Origin: Calditrichales bacterium
GTDB lineage: Bacteria > Calditrichota > Calditrichia > Calditrichales > J004
DNA length: 64,000 nucleotides
Assembly: GCA_015493745.1 (NCBI GenBank)
Contig: WGCN01000056.1
Span: 51,888 to 115,887 of the forward strand
Direction of reading: 5' to 3'
Shown: positions 29,422 through 39,098 of the stretch, piece after piece
How positions within the stretch are numbered: the stretch's first letter is position 1
Layout: each line of letters starts with the position of its first letter
The notes under the pieces: generated by a model
What the model saw: the letters and a program-made list of their open reading frames with translations, nothing else
Databases searched by the model: none
Told to the model about the DNA's origin: nothing
Program-made: the position numbers and the translations under genes

Positions 29422-30975
29422 ATGGAAATATCGGTCCTTATTGTGGATGATGATCCGCATATCGGTACGACCCTGCAACATCTTTTTGCCCAAAAGAATG
29501 TCCCTTGCCTGTATACCCCCTCGCTGAATGAAGCCCGGGAGGCCCTTAAGACGAACCGCTTTAGCGTTGCCCTGATCGATCTGATTTTGGGTGATGAAAA
29601 CGGTTTAAAGTTCGTGGAAGAGTTTCAGTCCGCCTTTCCCCTGGCTTCGGTAATCATCATAACCGGTCGTGATGATGTTCAGTCGGCGCAACAGGCTATC
29701 CGTTTAAAGGTGTTTGACTATATAACCAAGCCTTTTCGCTTAAACACCATTTGGCAGGTGGTCAGCAACGCTCATAAAAATCATGAAGTTCGCGTTCAGC
29801 GGGAGATACTGGAAAAGGAAAAGGAAGAGTATGCCCAAAAGCTGGAGCGTGAAGTGGCGGCCAAAACGGAGGAGATTCATAAAACGGCGCAATTTTATAA
29901 AAAACTGGCCTATGATATTCCTTTTGGTATTATGTCGGTAGTGGATGACCAGGTTATTTTTATTAACAGGGCGGCGCTGGATATAATCGGTCGTGAAACG
30001 TATGAAGGCAATGTGCACGATCTGATCGACTCCGCCAAGAAAAAAAGTTTTAAGCGTGTTCTGGACGAAACGGTAAAGTGCAGGAAAACGCTGTCATTGC
30101 GCTTCCGGGTCAAAAAATACGGGGAAGAGGTCAGACCTCCCGTTTTCGCCTCATTTCTGCCCACCAATTTTGATGATGAAAGTGGCGCCATCATCGCTTT
30201 CAATGACCAGACCACCATTATGGAATCCCGTGTTAAGGAGATGCGCTACCGCAGTGAATATTTTAAAGAATACCATCTTTCACTTATCGGCCAACTGGCA
30301 TCCGGGATAGCCCATAACTTAAATACCCCTTTGTCCATCATTCAGGGTAATGCCGAACTGTTAAGCATCAAATTCCCCGATCTGACCGAAACACAGATGA
30401 TTCTGCGCCAGACGGAGCATATGGGGCGACAGATTTCCAATCTGATTAAAAAAGGGAAAAATGAGCTGGTACGCGAAGAAGAAGAGATCGATCTCAATGA
30501 ACTCATTCGCGATGAGGTGGAATTCTCAAAATCCAACCTGTACTTTAAACACTATATTGAAACCACCCTTGACCTGGCGGACAGGCTTCCGCTGGTGCGG
30601 GGCGTGTTTTATGACTTTTCCGTTTGTCTTTCCGCCGTGATACAAAATGCCGTGGATGCCATGTACAATTGCGATACACGCAAACTGCATATCCGCACAA
30701 CCTCTGACCGGGAATGGGTTACACTTTCCATAAGCGATACCGGCATGGGGATGAGCCCTGAAATAAAAGAGAAAATATTCGACCCCTTTTTTACCACCAA
30801 GGCCCATTTTGATGATATGAAAGCGGACAGTAAGCTACCGCGTGGCAACGGATTGGGGCTTTCGATGGTCAAGGATGTGGTTGAACACTATGGCCTTCAG
30901 TTACAAGTGGATAGCCGGCCCCGGGCGGGGACGACGTTTACCATTAAATTTCCAAGGATTTCCCGTGCAACTTAA
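29422..30975 (+). CDS. Hybrid sensor kinase (REC, PAS-like, HisKA, HATPase)
   Basis: REC (IVDDD, LIDL, ITG, TKPF); H-box GIAHNLNTPL; QNAVDA, DTGMGM, FDPFFTTK and GNGLGLS boxes. Confidence 0.93.
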   Translation: MEISVLIVDDDPHIGTTLQHLFAQKNVPCLYTPSLNEAREALKTNRFSVALIDLILGDENGLKFVEEFQSAFPLASVIIITGRDDVQSAQQAIRLKVFDYITKPFRLNTIWQVVSNAHKNHEVRVQREILEKEKEEYAQKLEREVAAKTEEIHKTAQFYKKLAYDIPFGIMSVVDDQVIFINRAALDIIGRETYEGNVHDLIDSAKKKSFKRVLDETVKCRKTLSLRFRVKKYGEEVRPPVFASFLPTNFDDESGAIIAFNDQTTIMESRVKEMRYRSEYFKEYHLSLIGQLASGIAHNLNTPLSIIQGNAELLSIKFPDLTETQMILRQTEHMGRQISNLIKKGKNELVREEEEIDLNELIRDEVEFSKSNLYFKHYIETTLDLADRLPLVRGVFYDFSVCLSAVIQNAVDAMYNCDTRKLHIRTTSDREWVTLSISDTGMGMSPEIKEKIFDPFFTTKAHFDDMKADSKLPRGNGLGLSMVKDVVEHYGLQLQVDSRPRAGTTFTIKFPRISRAT

Positions 30976-31945
30976 CAAACAAAGAATTCATCAGATACTG
31001 GAACAGGCGGCCGGAAAACATATTGTGGTATTGGGCGATATCATGATCGATCAATATCTTTCCGGCGCCGTTAAACGCATTTCACCGGAGGCCCCGGTAC
31101 CGATTGTGGAAATTAAAGAAGAAACCGTACGCCTGGGAGGAGCGGCGAATGTGGCCCTGAATGTGCTTTCCCTGGGCTGTAAGGTGACGCTGGTCGGACT
31201 GATCGGTAACGATCGCATGGGGCAAACCTGCGAGATGTTATTTGAAAAACGGGGCATTCATCCCGGGGGGCTGGTGCGCTCGGCCGGGCGGCCCACCACC
31301 GTAAAAACACGGGTTATTGGCGATAATCAACATTTGGTGCGGGTGGATAAGGAGGTGACGACCACCGCGGATGCACAGGAAAGAGCCGCATTAAAAGAAG
31401 CCCTTTCCAAATGTCTCGAATCGGCTGACGCACTGATACTGGAAGATTACAACAAAGGGGTGCTTAGCCCGGAAACGATCCGGTTTGCCATCGAAGAGGG
31501 GCGCAAGCACAATATACCGGTTATGGTTGATCCGAAATTTAACTATTTCATGGATTACCGCCATGTCACGGTCTTTAAGCCAAATATCATTGAAACGGCT
31601 CAGGCTTTGGCCCTGGAACTGCCGAATGAAGATGAAGCGGTGGAAAAAGCCGGACTTGAACTATTGCAAAAGCTGGACGCCGAGAGTGTGCTGATTACCC
31701 GGGGCGACCGGGGGTTGAGTTTATTTGAAAAAGACGGGTCAATGTTGCATATTCCAACACGGGCGCGGCAGGTAGCCGATGTCTCGGGCGCCGGCGATAC
31801 GGTGATCGCCACCTTGACCGTGGCCGGATGTGGTCTGGCCAATAAAAGGGAGGCGGCTCTGCTGGCCAATATGGCTGCCGGACTGGTGGTTGGCCGGATT
31901 GGTATCGTACCCGTATCGGCGGAAGAATTAAAGGAAATCAACTGA
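30965..31945 (+). CDS. rfaE1: D-glycero-beta-D-manno-heptose-7-phosphate kinase (HldE kinase domain)
   Basis: [29 protein letters not shown] and DVSGAGDT motifs. Start placed at GTG 30965. Confidence 0.95.
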   Translation: MQLNKQRIHQILEQAAGKHIVVLGDIMIDQYLSGAVKRISPEAPVPIVEIKEETVRLGGAANVALNVLSLGCKVTLVGLIGNDRMGQTCEMLFEKRGIHPGGLVRSAGRPTTVKTRVIGDNQHLVRVDKEVTTTADAQERAALKEALSKCLESADALILEDYNKGVLSPETIRFAIEEGRKHNIPVMVDPKFNYFMDYRHVTVFKPNIIETAQALALELPNEDEAVEKAGLELLQKLDAESVLITRGDRGLSLFEKDGSMLHIPTRARQVADVSGAGDTVIATLTVAGCGLANKREAALLANMAAGLVVGRIGIVPVSAEELKEIN

Positions 31946-31946
31946 C

Positions 31947-32423
31947 ATGCATGTTATTATTCCCATGGATGAGATCGCTTCCTTTTTGAAGCGCATGAGA
32001 GAGGAACACCAGGGTTTAAGCATCGCTTTTACCAATGGATGCTTTGATATTCTGCACCGGGGTCACGTCGCCTATCTGGAAAAGGCGCGTCAACTGGCGG
32101 ATATACTGGTTTTGGGCCTCAACTCGGACCCCTCCGTCAGAAGGTTGAAAGGGGAGAAGCGTCCCTATATCAATCAGGATGACCGCAGCTTTATTCTTTC
32201 CCGCCTGGAGATGGTGGACGTTGTTACCGTATTTGACGAAGACACACCGATAGACTTAATCCGCGCAGTAAGGCCGGATGTGCTGGTCAAGGGGGGAGAC
32301 TATACCCCGGAAACCGTGGTCGGACGTGATTTTGTGGAAAGTTACGGCGGCAAGGTGGCCATCATACCGTTTATAGAAGGCCGTTCAACCACTAACATCA
32401 TAAATAAGATTAAAACCCTATGA
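31947..32423 (+). CDS. rfaE2: D-glycero-beta-D-manno-heptose 1-phosphate adenylyltransferase
   Basis: [32 protein letters not shown] and STTNII motifs. Confidence 0.96.
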   Translation: MHVIIPMDEIASFLKRMREEHQGLSIAFTNGCFDILHRGHVAYLEKARQLADILVLGLNSDPSVRRLKGEKRPYINQDDRSFILSRLEMVDVVTVFDEDTPIDLIRAVRPDVLVKGGDYTPETVVGRDFVESYGGKVAIIPFIEGRSTTNIINKIKTL

Positions 32424-34282
32424 AAAAAAGCTATTATCTGATTACGCCGGTACTGATCCTGTTGATTGTTCTGGGCTGCTCCACTCAAAAAAAGATGATC
32501 ACTCCCCGTGAAGAGCCCGTCCGTTATTCCTTTTCTCTTCCGGATACCCTGTGGCTTTCCGAAACATCCCTGAGCATGATCGACTCCATGGTCTATCTGG
32601 AGCGTAAAAGCCGCATTGATCTCGGTGAGGCCGACAGTATCGCGGCGCAATACAGCCTGGAGTATATGTTTGAAATTGCCTCGCGTTTTAGTGATCAGGA
32701 CCGGGAAACTCTTTCGGCCTGGCGCTATTATGACAGCCTGCAAACAGCGGCGGACAATCGTTACCGGTTGTTAATGAGCGGGCTGGAAAAGGAGGCCACC
32801 GAGGCCGAGGAAATCCGTGAGGATATTACCGAGATCGAAGAACGCTCCTTTCCGGACTCCATTCTTTTCGGCAAGGTCGAATATGTGGATACCAGCGGTT
32901 CCATGCCGCTAACGCTGAACAGAAAAGTACGCCTGGCCATTAAGTATTTCCAGACAAAAGGGCGCCCTGTTTTTACAAAGTGGCTGGAGCGCAGCGGCAA
33001 ATATGAAGGTATGATAAGGGAAGTGCTGCGCAACAAGAATCTTCCCGAGGAACTGGCCTATCTGGCCATGATTGAAAGCGGCTTTAATCCACGGGCCCGT
33101 TCCTATGCGCGGGCGGTGGGCATGTGGCAGTTTATATCGGCCACGGGTCGTTATTACGGTTTGCGTCATAACTGGTGGTTCGATGAACGCCGCGATATAA
33201 TAAAATCGACCGATGCGGCCACCGACCATCTTGCGGATTTATATGAACGGTTTGGTCATTGGTATCTGGCCCTGGCCGGGTACAACTGCAATCCGCGGCG
33301 TGTGGAGTATAATATGCGCCGTTATAAAACACGTGATTACTGGAAGCTGCGCCGCTTGCCCCGGCAGACACGTAATTATGTTCCCACCTTTCTGGCGGCC
33401 GCCATCATCGCCAATGATCCTGAAAAATTCGGTTTTCATGTAAAAAAGCATCCCCCGATTGAGGTCGATACCGTACTGGTCTCCGAAAGCATCGATCTGA
33501 ATGTGATTGCCCGGGCGGTGGATACCAGCTATACCTACATCAAGGAGATCAATCCCGCCATTCTGCGTTGGGTGACGCCACCGGGAGTGAAGGACTTTAC
33601 CCTTTATTTGCCGAAAGGTAAAAAAGAACAGTTCAAAGAGCGGTATAAAAATATACCGGATAGTGAAAAACGCAGCTGGGTGCGGCATAAAATCCGGCGT
33701 GGAGAGACTCTATCCACCATTGCTCAGAAGTATCACACCAGCATGTCGGTGTTAAAGAAGACCAATAATTTACGCGGCACCATGATCCGGGCCGGTAAAT
33801 ATCTGCTCATACCCGTTCCACAGAACAAAGCCCATTTTTACGCCTATAAATCCCCCAAAAAGACAAAGTCGAAAAAATGGAAAAAACGCACTTATTCCAG
33901 CGTACCGCAGAAAGAAAACAGCGCCGAGTACGATAAGGTGGTTTATGAAGTGAAAAAGGGGGATACGCTTGGGGAAATCGCGGAAATGTACAATACCCGC
34001 GCCTCGAAAATCCGCAGATGGAATGGTTTATACTACGGTCAGAATATTTATCCGAAACAAAAACTTACCATTTATGTTCATAAAAAATCCCTGACCGTAA
34101 ATAACGTGGAAGAGGGAAAGACGGAGCAGGAGAAGGGGACGTTTTATACCGTCCGTCCCGGTGATACCCTTTGGGATATATCGTTGAAGTACGGTATAAG
34201 CATCAAGCAATTGAAGGCGTTGAACAAGAAGCGATCATCGCGCATACGTCCGGGTGAAAAACTGAAAATTTCAAACAATTAA
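32420..34282 (+). CDS. mltD: MltD-like lytic transglycosylase with three LysM domains (lipoprotein)
   Basis: Lipobox VLGC; SLT motifs IESGFNP, GMWQF, ALAGYN and TRNYVP; LysM repeats [18 protein letters not shown] and YTVRPGDTL. Confidence 0.92.
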   Translation: MKKSYYLITPVLILLIVLGCSTQKKMITPREEPVRYSFSLPDTLWLSETSLSMIDSMVYLERKSRIDLGEADSIAAQYSLEYMFEIASRFSDQDRETLSAWRYYDSLQTAADNRYRLLMSGLEKEATEAEEIREDITEIEERSFPDSILFGKVEYVDTSGSMPLTLNRKVRLAIKYFQTKGRPVFTKWLERSGKYEGMIREVLRNKNLPEELAYLAMIESGFNPRARSYARAVGMWQFISATGRYYGLRHNWWFDERRDIIKSTDAATDHLADLYERFGHWYLALAGYNCNPRRVEYNMRRYKTRDYWKLRRLPRQTRNYVPTFLAAAIIANDPEKFGFHVKKHPPIEVDTVLVSESIDLNVIARAVDTSYTYIKEINPAILRWVTPPGVKDFTLYLPKGKKEQFKERYKNIPDSEKRSWVRHKIRRGETLSTIAQKYHTSMSVLKKTNNLRGTMIRAGKYLLIPVPQNKAHFYAYKSPKKTKSKKWKKRTYSSVPQKENSAEYDKVVYEVKKGDTLGEIAEMYNTRASKIRRWNGLYYGQNIYPKQKLTIYVHKKSLTVNNVEEGKTEQEKGTFYTVRPGDTLWDISLKYGISIKQLKALNKKRSSRIRPGEKLKISNN

Positions 34283-34309
34283 GAAATGGCTGTTGGCTTA
34301 ATCAATTGA

Positions 34310-34338
34310 TTGACTAAGTATATTATTCTTCGTAACTT
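34310..34338 (+). promoter_or_regulatory. Putative sigma70 promoter
   Basis: TTGACT-17nt-TAACTT upstream of ATG 34365. Confidence 0.55.
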
Positions 34339-34364
34339 AAACACTTTGCAACGGAAACAAAATA

Positions 34365-35063
34365 ATGAATACCATACAATGCCCGGCTTGCGGGGCGGAA
34401 AATACAAAAGACGCTCGTTTTTGCTCACAATGCGGCGAGCCGCTTCAGAAGGCGGAAAACAACAATACCGTTAAGGAAAAATCCGGTAGCCCCGGGAGCA
34501 CCAATTCCATGTTCTATCTGGCGGCTACGGTTATTGCGGCCCTGTTAATCATTTTTCTGATTATCAATGAAAATCGCCAGGAGTACCTGGCCAAGCTGGC
34601 CAAAAAGGGTATGACGCAGGCACCGCAGGCAGGGCAGGCGCCGCCGGCGCTTATGCAAAAGGTTCTGGCGGCCAAGGCCGCGCTGGAAAAGGATCCTAAA
34701 AATTATGAATTGAATGTGGAGCTTGGAAACAACTATTTTGATATCGGGCGCTTTGAGCAGGCCATTCAGTATTATTCCACGGCGGTCAGCGTTAATGCCG
34801 GCAACCCCAGTGTGCTGATTGACCTGGGTGTGTCTTATTATAATGTAAAAGATTTTGACAATGCCCTAAAATATATGAAGCAGGCGCTGGAGATAAACCC
34901 CGGCCATGTCCAGGGTCTGTATAACCTGGGTATCGTCTATTTTAATAAGGGCGATAAGAACGGGGCCCTACAGGCCTGGGAAAAACTGCTGGAAGTCAAT
35001 CCGGGATCCCGCGAAGCGCAGACAGCGAAAAAATTTGTAGATCAGATAAAATCACAACGGTAA
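34365..35063 (+). CDS. Zinc-ribbon, TM and TPR protein
   Basis: CPACG..FCSQCG, one TM helix and about four TPR repeats. Confidence 0.88.
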   Translation: MNTIQCPACGAENTKDARFCSQCGEPLQKAENNNTVKEKSGSPGSTNSMFYLAATVIAALLIIFLIINENRQEYLAKLAKKGMTQAPQAGQAPPALMQKVLAAKAALEKDPKNYELNVELGNNYFDIGRFEQAIQYYSTAVSVNAGNPSVLIDLGVSYYNVKDFDNALKYMKQALEINPGHVQGLYNLGIVYFNKGDKNGALQAWEKLLEVNPGSREAQTAKKFVDQIKSQR

Positions 35064-35094
35064 TCACTCATAAATAAAAGCGGAGAAAGTTTTT

Positions 35095-35187
35095 ATGCCT
35101 AGCGGTAAAAAAAGAAAACGCGCCAAAATGGCAACGCATAAGAGGAAAAAACGCCTCAGAAAAAATCGTCATAAAAAGAAAAAATAA
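35095..35187 (+). CDS. Small basic ribosomal protein bS22 (AURKAIP1/COX24/mS38-like), 30 aa; not in the ORF track
   Basis: Translates to MPSGKKRKRAKMATHKRKKRLRKNRHKKKK*. SD-like CGGAG upstream and a terminator immediately downstream. Confidence 0.9.
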   Translation: MPSGKKRKRAKMATHKRKKRLRKNRHKKKK

Positions 35188-35220
35188 GGTTCTTCATTGA
35201 ACCTTATTTTCTTTTTTTTT
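35181..35220 (+). terminator. Intrinsic terminator after the bS22 gene
   Basis: AAAATAAGGTTC/GAACCTTATTTT 12-bp stem, then C and nine T. Confidence 0.8.
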
Positions 35221-35221
35221 C

Positions 35222-36412
35222 ATGGAAAAGAATGTTTATAGCGTCTCTGAATTAACGCATACCATAAAACATCTTTTGGAAACAAGCCTGCCGACATTAT
35301 GGCTGGAGGGTGAGGTTTCCAATTTCAAACGCCACTATTCACAACATTTATATTTTTCCCTAAAAGACGAATCGTCCCAGGTGTCTGCCGTAATGTGGCG
35401 CAGCCGGGCTCTAAAACTGCCGTTTCAACTGGAAGATGGCATGCGTATTCGTGTTTTGGGAAATGTTAAAGTATACGCTCCGTCGGGCCGTTATCAATTT
35501 GATGTGTTGGAAGCGGAGCCTGTCGGTGCCGGTTCCCTGCAGGTGGCTTTTGAACAGCTAAAAAAGAAAATATATGAGAGAGGTTGGTTTGACGAAGCCA
35601 GGAAGAAAAGCCTGCCTCTTTTCCCAAGGCGTATCGCCCTGATAACATCGCCGACCGGGGCGGCCATTCGTGATATGCTGCAGGTGCTTAAACGCCGTGC
35701 CCCCTATGTGGATGTGGTTGTCTTGCCCGTAGCCGTTCAGGGGGAAAAGGCATCCGGGGAGATTGCCGCGGCCATCGAACGTTGCAACCGGCACTCACTG
35801 GCCGATGTGATCATTGTTGGCCGGGGAGGCGGTTCCCTGGAAGACCTGTGGGCTTTTAACGAGGAAGAGGTGGTCCGGGCCATCCATAATTCCGCCATCC
35901 CCGTGGTTTCCGCCGTGGGGCATGAGATAGACTATACCCTGGCCGATCTCGTGGCCGATCTGAGGGCGCCCACACCGTCCGCGGCCGCCGAACTGGTGGT
36001 TATGGATAAGGAAGAGCTGAACACCCGGCTCGATGAATACAGAGCCCGTTTAAAGCAGGCCCTGGAAGCTATGCTCAGTCAACAACGGCAAAACCTGAAT
36101 CGTCTGGAAAACAGCTATATTCTCCGGCGCTGGGACGACCGCTTATTTCAGGCTCATCAATATATTGACGGCTTGCAAACCCGGCTGGATGCGGCCATGG
36201 CGGTAAAAATACATCAGGCGCAGTCCCGTCTGGAAAAAACAGAAGCAACTCTTAAGTCTACGCACCCTAAAACTTTGATGGCCCGGGGATATTCCTTAAC
36301 TTCCATAAACGGTAAAATTGTCTCATCCGTCGCGGTTTTGAACAAGGGTGATACGATTAAGACGGAGTTCCTGGACGGAAGTATTGAAAGTACGGTTGAG
36401 CGTATCAATTAA
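35222..36412 (+). CDS. xseA: Exodeoxyribonuclease VII large subunit
   Basis: SVSELT, EGEVSNF..HLYFSLKD, TSPTGAAIRD, GRGGGSLEDLWAFNEE and GHEID..RAPTPSAAAE motifs. Confidence 0.97.
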   Translation: MEKNVYSVSELTHTIKHLLETSLPTLWLEGEVSNFKRHYSQHLYFSLKDESSQVSAVMWRSRALKLPFQLEDGMRIRVLGNVKVYAPSGRYQFDVLEAEPVGAGSLQVAFEQLKKKIYERGWFDEARKKSLPLFPRRIALITSPTGAAIRDMLQVLKRRAPYVDVVVLPVAVQGEKASGEIAAAIERCNRHSLADVIIVGRGGGSLEDLWAFNEEEVVRAIHNSAIPVVSAVGHEIDYTLADLVADLRAPTPSAAAELVVMDKEELNTRLDEYRARLKQALEAMLSQQRQNLNRLENSYILRRWDDRLFQAHQYIDGLQTRLDAAMAVKIHQAQSRLEKTEATLKSTHPKTLMARGYSLTSINGKIVSSVAVLNKGDTIKTEFLDGSIESTVERIN

Positions 36413-36428
36413 CAGAGGATACGATATT

Positions 36429-36650
36429 ATGCCCCCCAAAAAAACATTCGAACAGGCCATGAACCGCCTGGAAGAGATCACCACCATGCTGGAAGATGGG
36501 GACACCTCCCTGGATAACAGCATCAAGCTCTATGAAGAGGCCTACGGCCTGATCGGCTTTTGCCGCAAGGAGCTGCAAAAAGCGGAACAAAAAATCAAAA
36601 AAGTGACGGAAAAAAGTAACGGCACTTTAAAAGAAGAAGACTTCGAATAG
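36429..36650 (+). CDS. xseB: Exodeoxyribonuclease VII small subunit
   Basis: TFEQAMNRLEEI..LE.G..SLDNSIKLYEE pattern. Start moved to ATG 36429. Confidence 0.95.
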   Translation: MPPKKTFEQAMNRLEEITTMLEDGDTSLDNSIKLYEEAYGLIGFCRKELQKAEQKIKKVTEKSNGTLKEEDFE

Positions 36651-36659
36651 GATCACATT

Positions 36660-37562
36660 TTGACCAAAATTATCGGCATCCTTGTAAATCCCCGCAAAAA
36701 GAATATCGACCGTCTGGTGCGAAAGCTGGACAAATGGCTGGCGGAAACGGATACCGGAGCGATCTTTCGTATTTGCACCTATGATTCACCTTATATAAAA
36801 AATCATTTTAATAAAATCGAAGCCCGCACCGACACGGAGATATTCAACGAGGCTGAGATGATCATTACCCTGGGGGGAGACGGTACTTTATTGCGCACCA
36901 TCAATAAGATGAACCGTTTTGATATAAAGATGATGGGGGTCAACCTGGGCGGGCTGGGCTTTATTGCCGACACGCCGCCCGATAAATTGATCGAACATAT
37001 TCAAAACTATCTGCATGGGCGCTACTTTATCGATGAGCGCAGTCAGATCAGTTGCTTCCTCCCGGAGAGTGAAGAGAAGTTTCGGGCCTTTAATGATATT
37101 GTTATCGACAAAGCCGGTTTTGCCCGGGTAATACAGATAGAAACCCATATCGATACGGAAGCCCTGAACAATTACATCGCCGACGGCCTGATCGTTTCAA
37201 CGCCCACCGGTTCCACGGGACATTCGCTTTCCAATGGCGGACCGATTGTCGCCCCGGGGGCCGGCGTGTTTGTTATTAACCCCATTTGTCCCCATTCCCT
37301 AACCAACAGGCCGGTGATCATTCCGGATCGTATGCATCTGAAAATCATTGTTTATACCGAAGCGGATTCCTTTAATATCTTCAGGGATGGAACCGCGCAG
37401 GGGAGTTTTGCCAGCGGTACGGTGATGGAGCTGAAACGCAGCCGACACACCGTTAAACTGGTAAAAATGGAGCATCAGCGCTTCTTTGGCGTTTTAAGCA
37501 AGAAATTGCACTGGGGCGAAGATTTTCGCAATAAGAACCGTTGGACCTATAAAAAGATATAA
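36660..37562 (+). CDS. nadK: NAD(+) kinase
   Basis: LGGDGTLL, GVNLGGLGF, FND, DGLIVSTPTGST and GGPIV motifs. Confidence 0.95.
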   Translation: MTKIIGILVNPRKKNIDRLVRKLDKWLAETDTGAIFRICTYDSPYIKNHFNKIEARTDTEIFNEAEMIITLGGDGTLLRTINKMNRFDIKMMGVNLGGLGFIADTPPDKLIEHIQNYLHGRYFIDERSQISCFLPESEEKFRAFNDIVIDKAGFARVIQIETHIDTEALNNYIADGLIVSTPTGSTGHSLSNGGPIVAPGAGVFVINPICPHSLTNRPVIIPDRMHLKIIVYTEADSFNIFRDGTAQGSFASGTVMELKRSRHTVKLVKMEHQRFFGVLSKKLHWGEDFRNKNRWTYKKI

Positions 37563-37594
37563 AAAAAGCGCAACGGGTCGTTCCGTTACGCTTT
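37561..37594 (-). terminator. Intrinsic terminator of the minus-strand smc operon (possibly bidirectional)
   Basis: On the minus strand, AAAGCGTAACGG/CCGTTGCGCTTT pairs fully with one G-U (a C-A mismatch on the plus strand) and is followed by a T run. Confidence 0.75.
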
Positions 37595-37730
37595 AGAGTC
37601 TGCATAAATCCTTTTGCGGCCGGGGCTTTGTTGAACTGTCCGGGATCTGTTTTTCCGGTTTCAGAACAGATGGCTTCTTCAGGAAGCAGGGGTTAAAACA
37701 ACCCCGTTTACCTTTTGCGCCTAACCTTTT

Positions 37731-39098
37731 TTAGTTACCAAAGAAATTATCGCTGTTATTGATTTCATTCTCCCAATAGGGGTTTTGCAGTTCCTTACGA
37801 TGAGTGGAGTGAACCAGCTCATAGCGACCGAAACCGTTACGGTCGACAAATACAAAAATAACCCCGCCCTGAATCTGATTATATTTCCAGATCTGATACG
37901 GTTTTCCGGACGAGTTGCTGTCATAACGATCGACTTCATCGGGGTTTCCGTAAATAATAAGCACGCGCCCGAAATCGGTTTTCCAGCCCGGCCGGCTGCC
38001 CCGTGTAAAACGGGCATCCGCCTCTTCAACCCGTTGTAAAAACTGTATCCGGCTTTGCCCGGGAACAGTGTTTTGCCGTTTGTCGATCTCCCGCCATAAT
38101 TTTGTGAGAAAAATTCTCAACTCATCCGGCTTCTCCAATTGCTTGTAAAGCCTGTCATCGTCCGCAGTGGCATAGTAACGGGCTTTTTGATATTCATCCC
38201 TTAGTTCCTTTTCCGTCATGGAAATGAAAACCTGATCCATCTCCGGTAAGGACTCATCATGACCGATTGCCTGGCGCTTTCTGAATTTTGTAACGGAAAA
38301 TCTCTTTTTGATTTGCGTGGAGCTTTTTCCGTCGTTGCCCTTGACATTGACGGTGAGATTGTATATTCCCGCCGGCAGGGCCATGGTGTTAAAGCCGTCG
38401 ATTTCCACCTGATTGTTATTTATAACCTTCCTTTTACGCACCGGGCCGGACTTCACGGTGTCTCCTTCCAGGGAGAGGATATTGTATTGTATGCTGTAGC
38501 CGTCGAGGTCTTTAAGGTTATACACTTCCACATAGAAATAGAGCATGGGGTGTAATGCGTCAAACTTGCTTTGGGCATTGGGCATTACATTCATGCCGTT
38601 TTTAACAAACAACCCCTGGGGCTCTTGTGCTTTTTTGATGTTGGAGCACAATTGTATGCTGGAAAAGCATAAATCCTTACCCACCTGGGGAACATAGACC
38701 GTCAGTTGATACTCTCCGCTCCGCTTGGCCAGCATGTCTTCAAGCTTTAACCTGGCCTGATAGGTACCCGGCTTCAGAGCGGTTTTAAAAATGTCATTAA
38801 ACTGGCTGAAAAGTTTTAACTCCGAGGTATCCTTCGCCAGGGACTTATAAAGATGATAGGTTTGATAGACGGAATCCCCATTTTGGGTGATGGTTAACTC
38901 CGTGCGGAACTGGGCGTATAAACTATCGGGAGTTTGCCGGTACTGCAGGTTGCCCTGGTAAAAGGACAGGTAAAACTCCACATAGGCCGTACTGTCCGTG
39001 TTGCTGAAGCTGGCATAGTCCGCGCTGATCGGTAAAAAACTTACCTGCGCCTGGGTACTAAGCAGCAGGGCGGCCAGTGTTAACAGTGTTTTATTCAA
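37731..39098 (-). CDS. Exported GWxTD domain-containing protein
   Basis: Signal peptide from TTG 39098, which overlaps the smc stop. C-terminal PGWKTDFGRVLIIYGNPDEV..YQIWKY. Confidence 0.9.
   Translation of the reverse strand: MNKTLLTLAALLLSTQAQVSFLPISADYASFSNTDSTAYVEFYLSFYQGNLQYRQTPDSLYAQFRTELTITQNGDSVYQTYHLYKSLAKDTSELKLFSQFNDIFKTALKPGTYQARLKLEDMLAKRSGEYQLTVYVPQVGKDLCFSSIQLCSNIKKAQEPQGLFVKNGMNVMPNAQSKFDALHPMLYFYVEVYNLKDLDGYSIQYNILSLEGDTVKSGPVRKRKVINNNQVEIDGFNTMALPAGIYNLTVNVKGNDGKSSTQIKKRFSVTKFRKRQAIGHDESLPEMDQVFISMTEKELRDEYQKARYYATADDDRLYKQLEKPDELRIFLTKLWREIDKRQNTVPGQSRIQFLQRVEEADARFTRGSRPGWKTDFGRVLIIYGNPDEVDRYDSNSSGKPYQIWKYNQIQGGVIFVFVDRNGFGRYELVHSTHRKELQNPYWENEINNSDNFFGN

Noticed and set aside
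30842-30964. N-terminal extension of rfaE1 in the ORF track
   Set aside because: It overlaps the kinase gene by over 130 nt and has no homology; GTG 30965 is the plausible start. The same reasoning applies to the track's extensions of xseB, the PdxJ-like gene and the GWxTD gene.
37595-37730. c-di-GMP-I riboswitch (GGTAAAC, CGCAAA) or SRP RNA (AGGAAGCAG) in the nadK-GWxTD gap; 46-codon open frame past the GWxTD stop
   Set aside because: Lacks the GNRA/receptor and GACGCAAAG architecture, and the SRP CAGG-stem-GNRA motif; not upstream of a gene. The open frame has no start codon or read-through signal.
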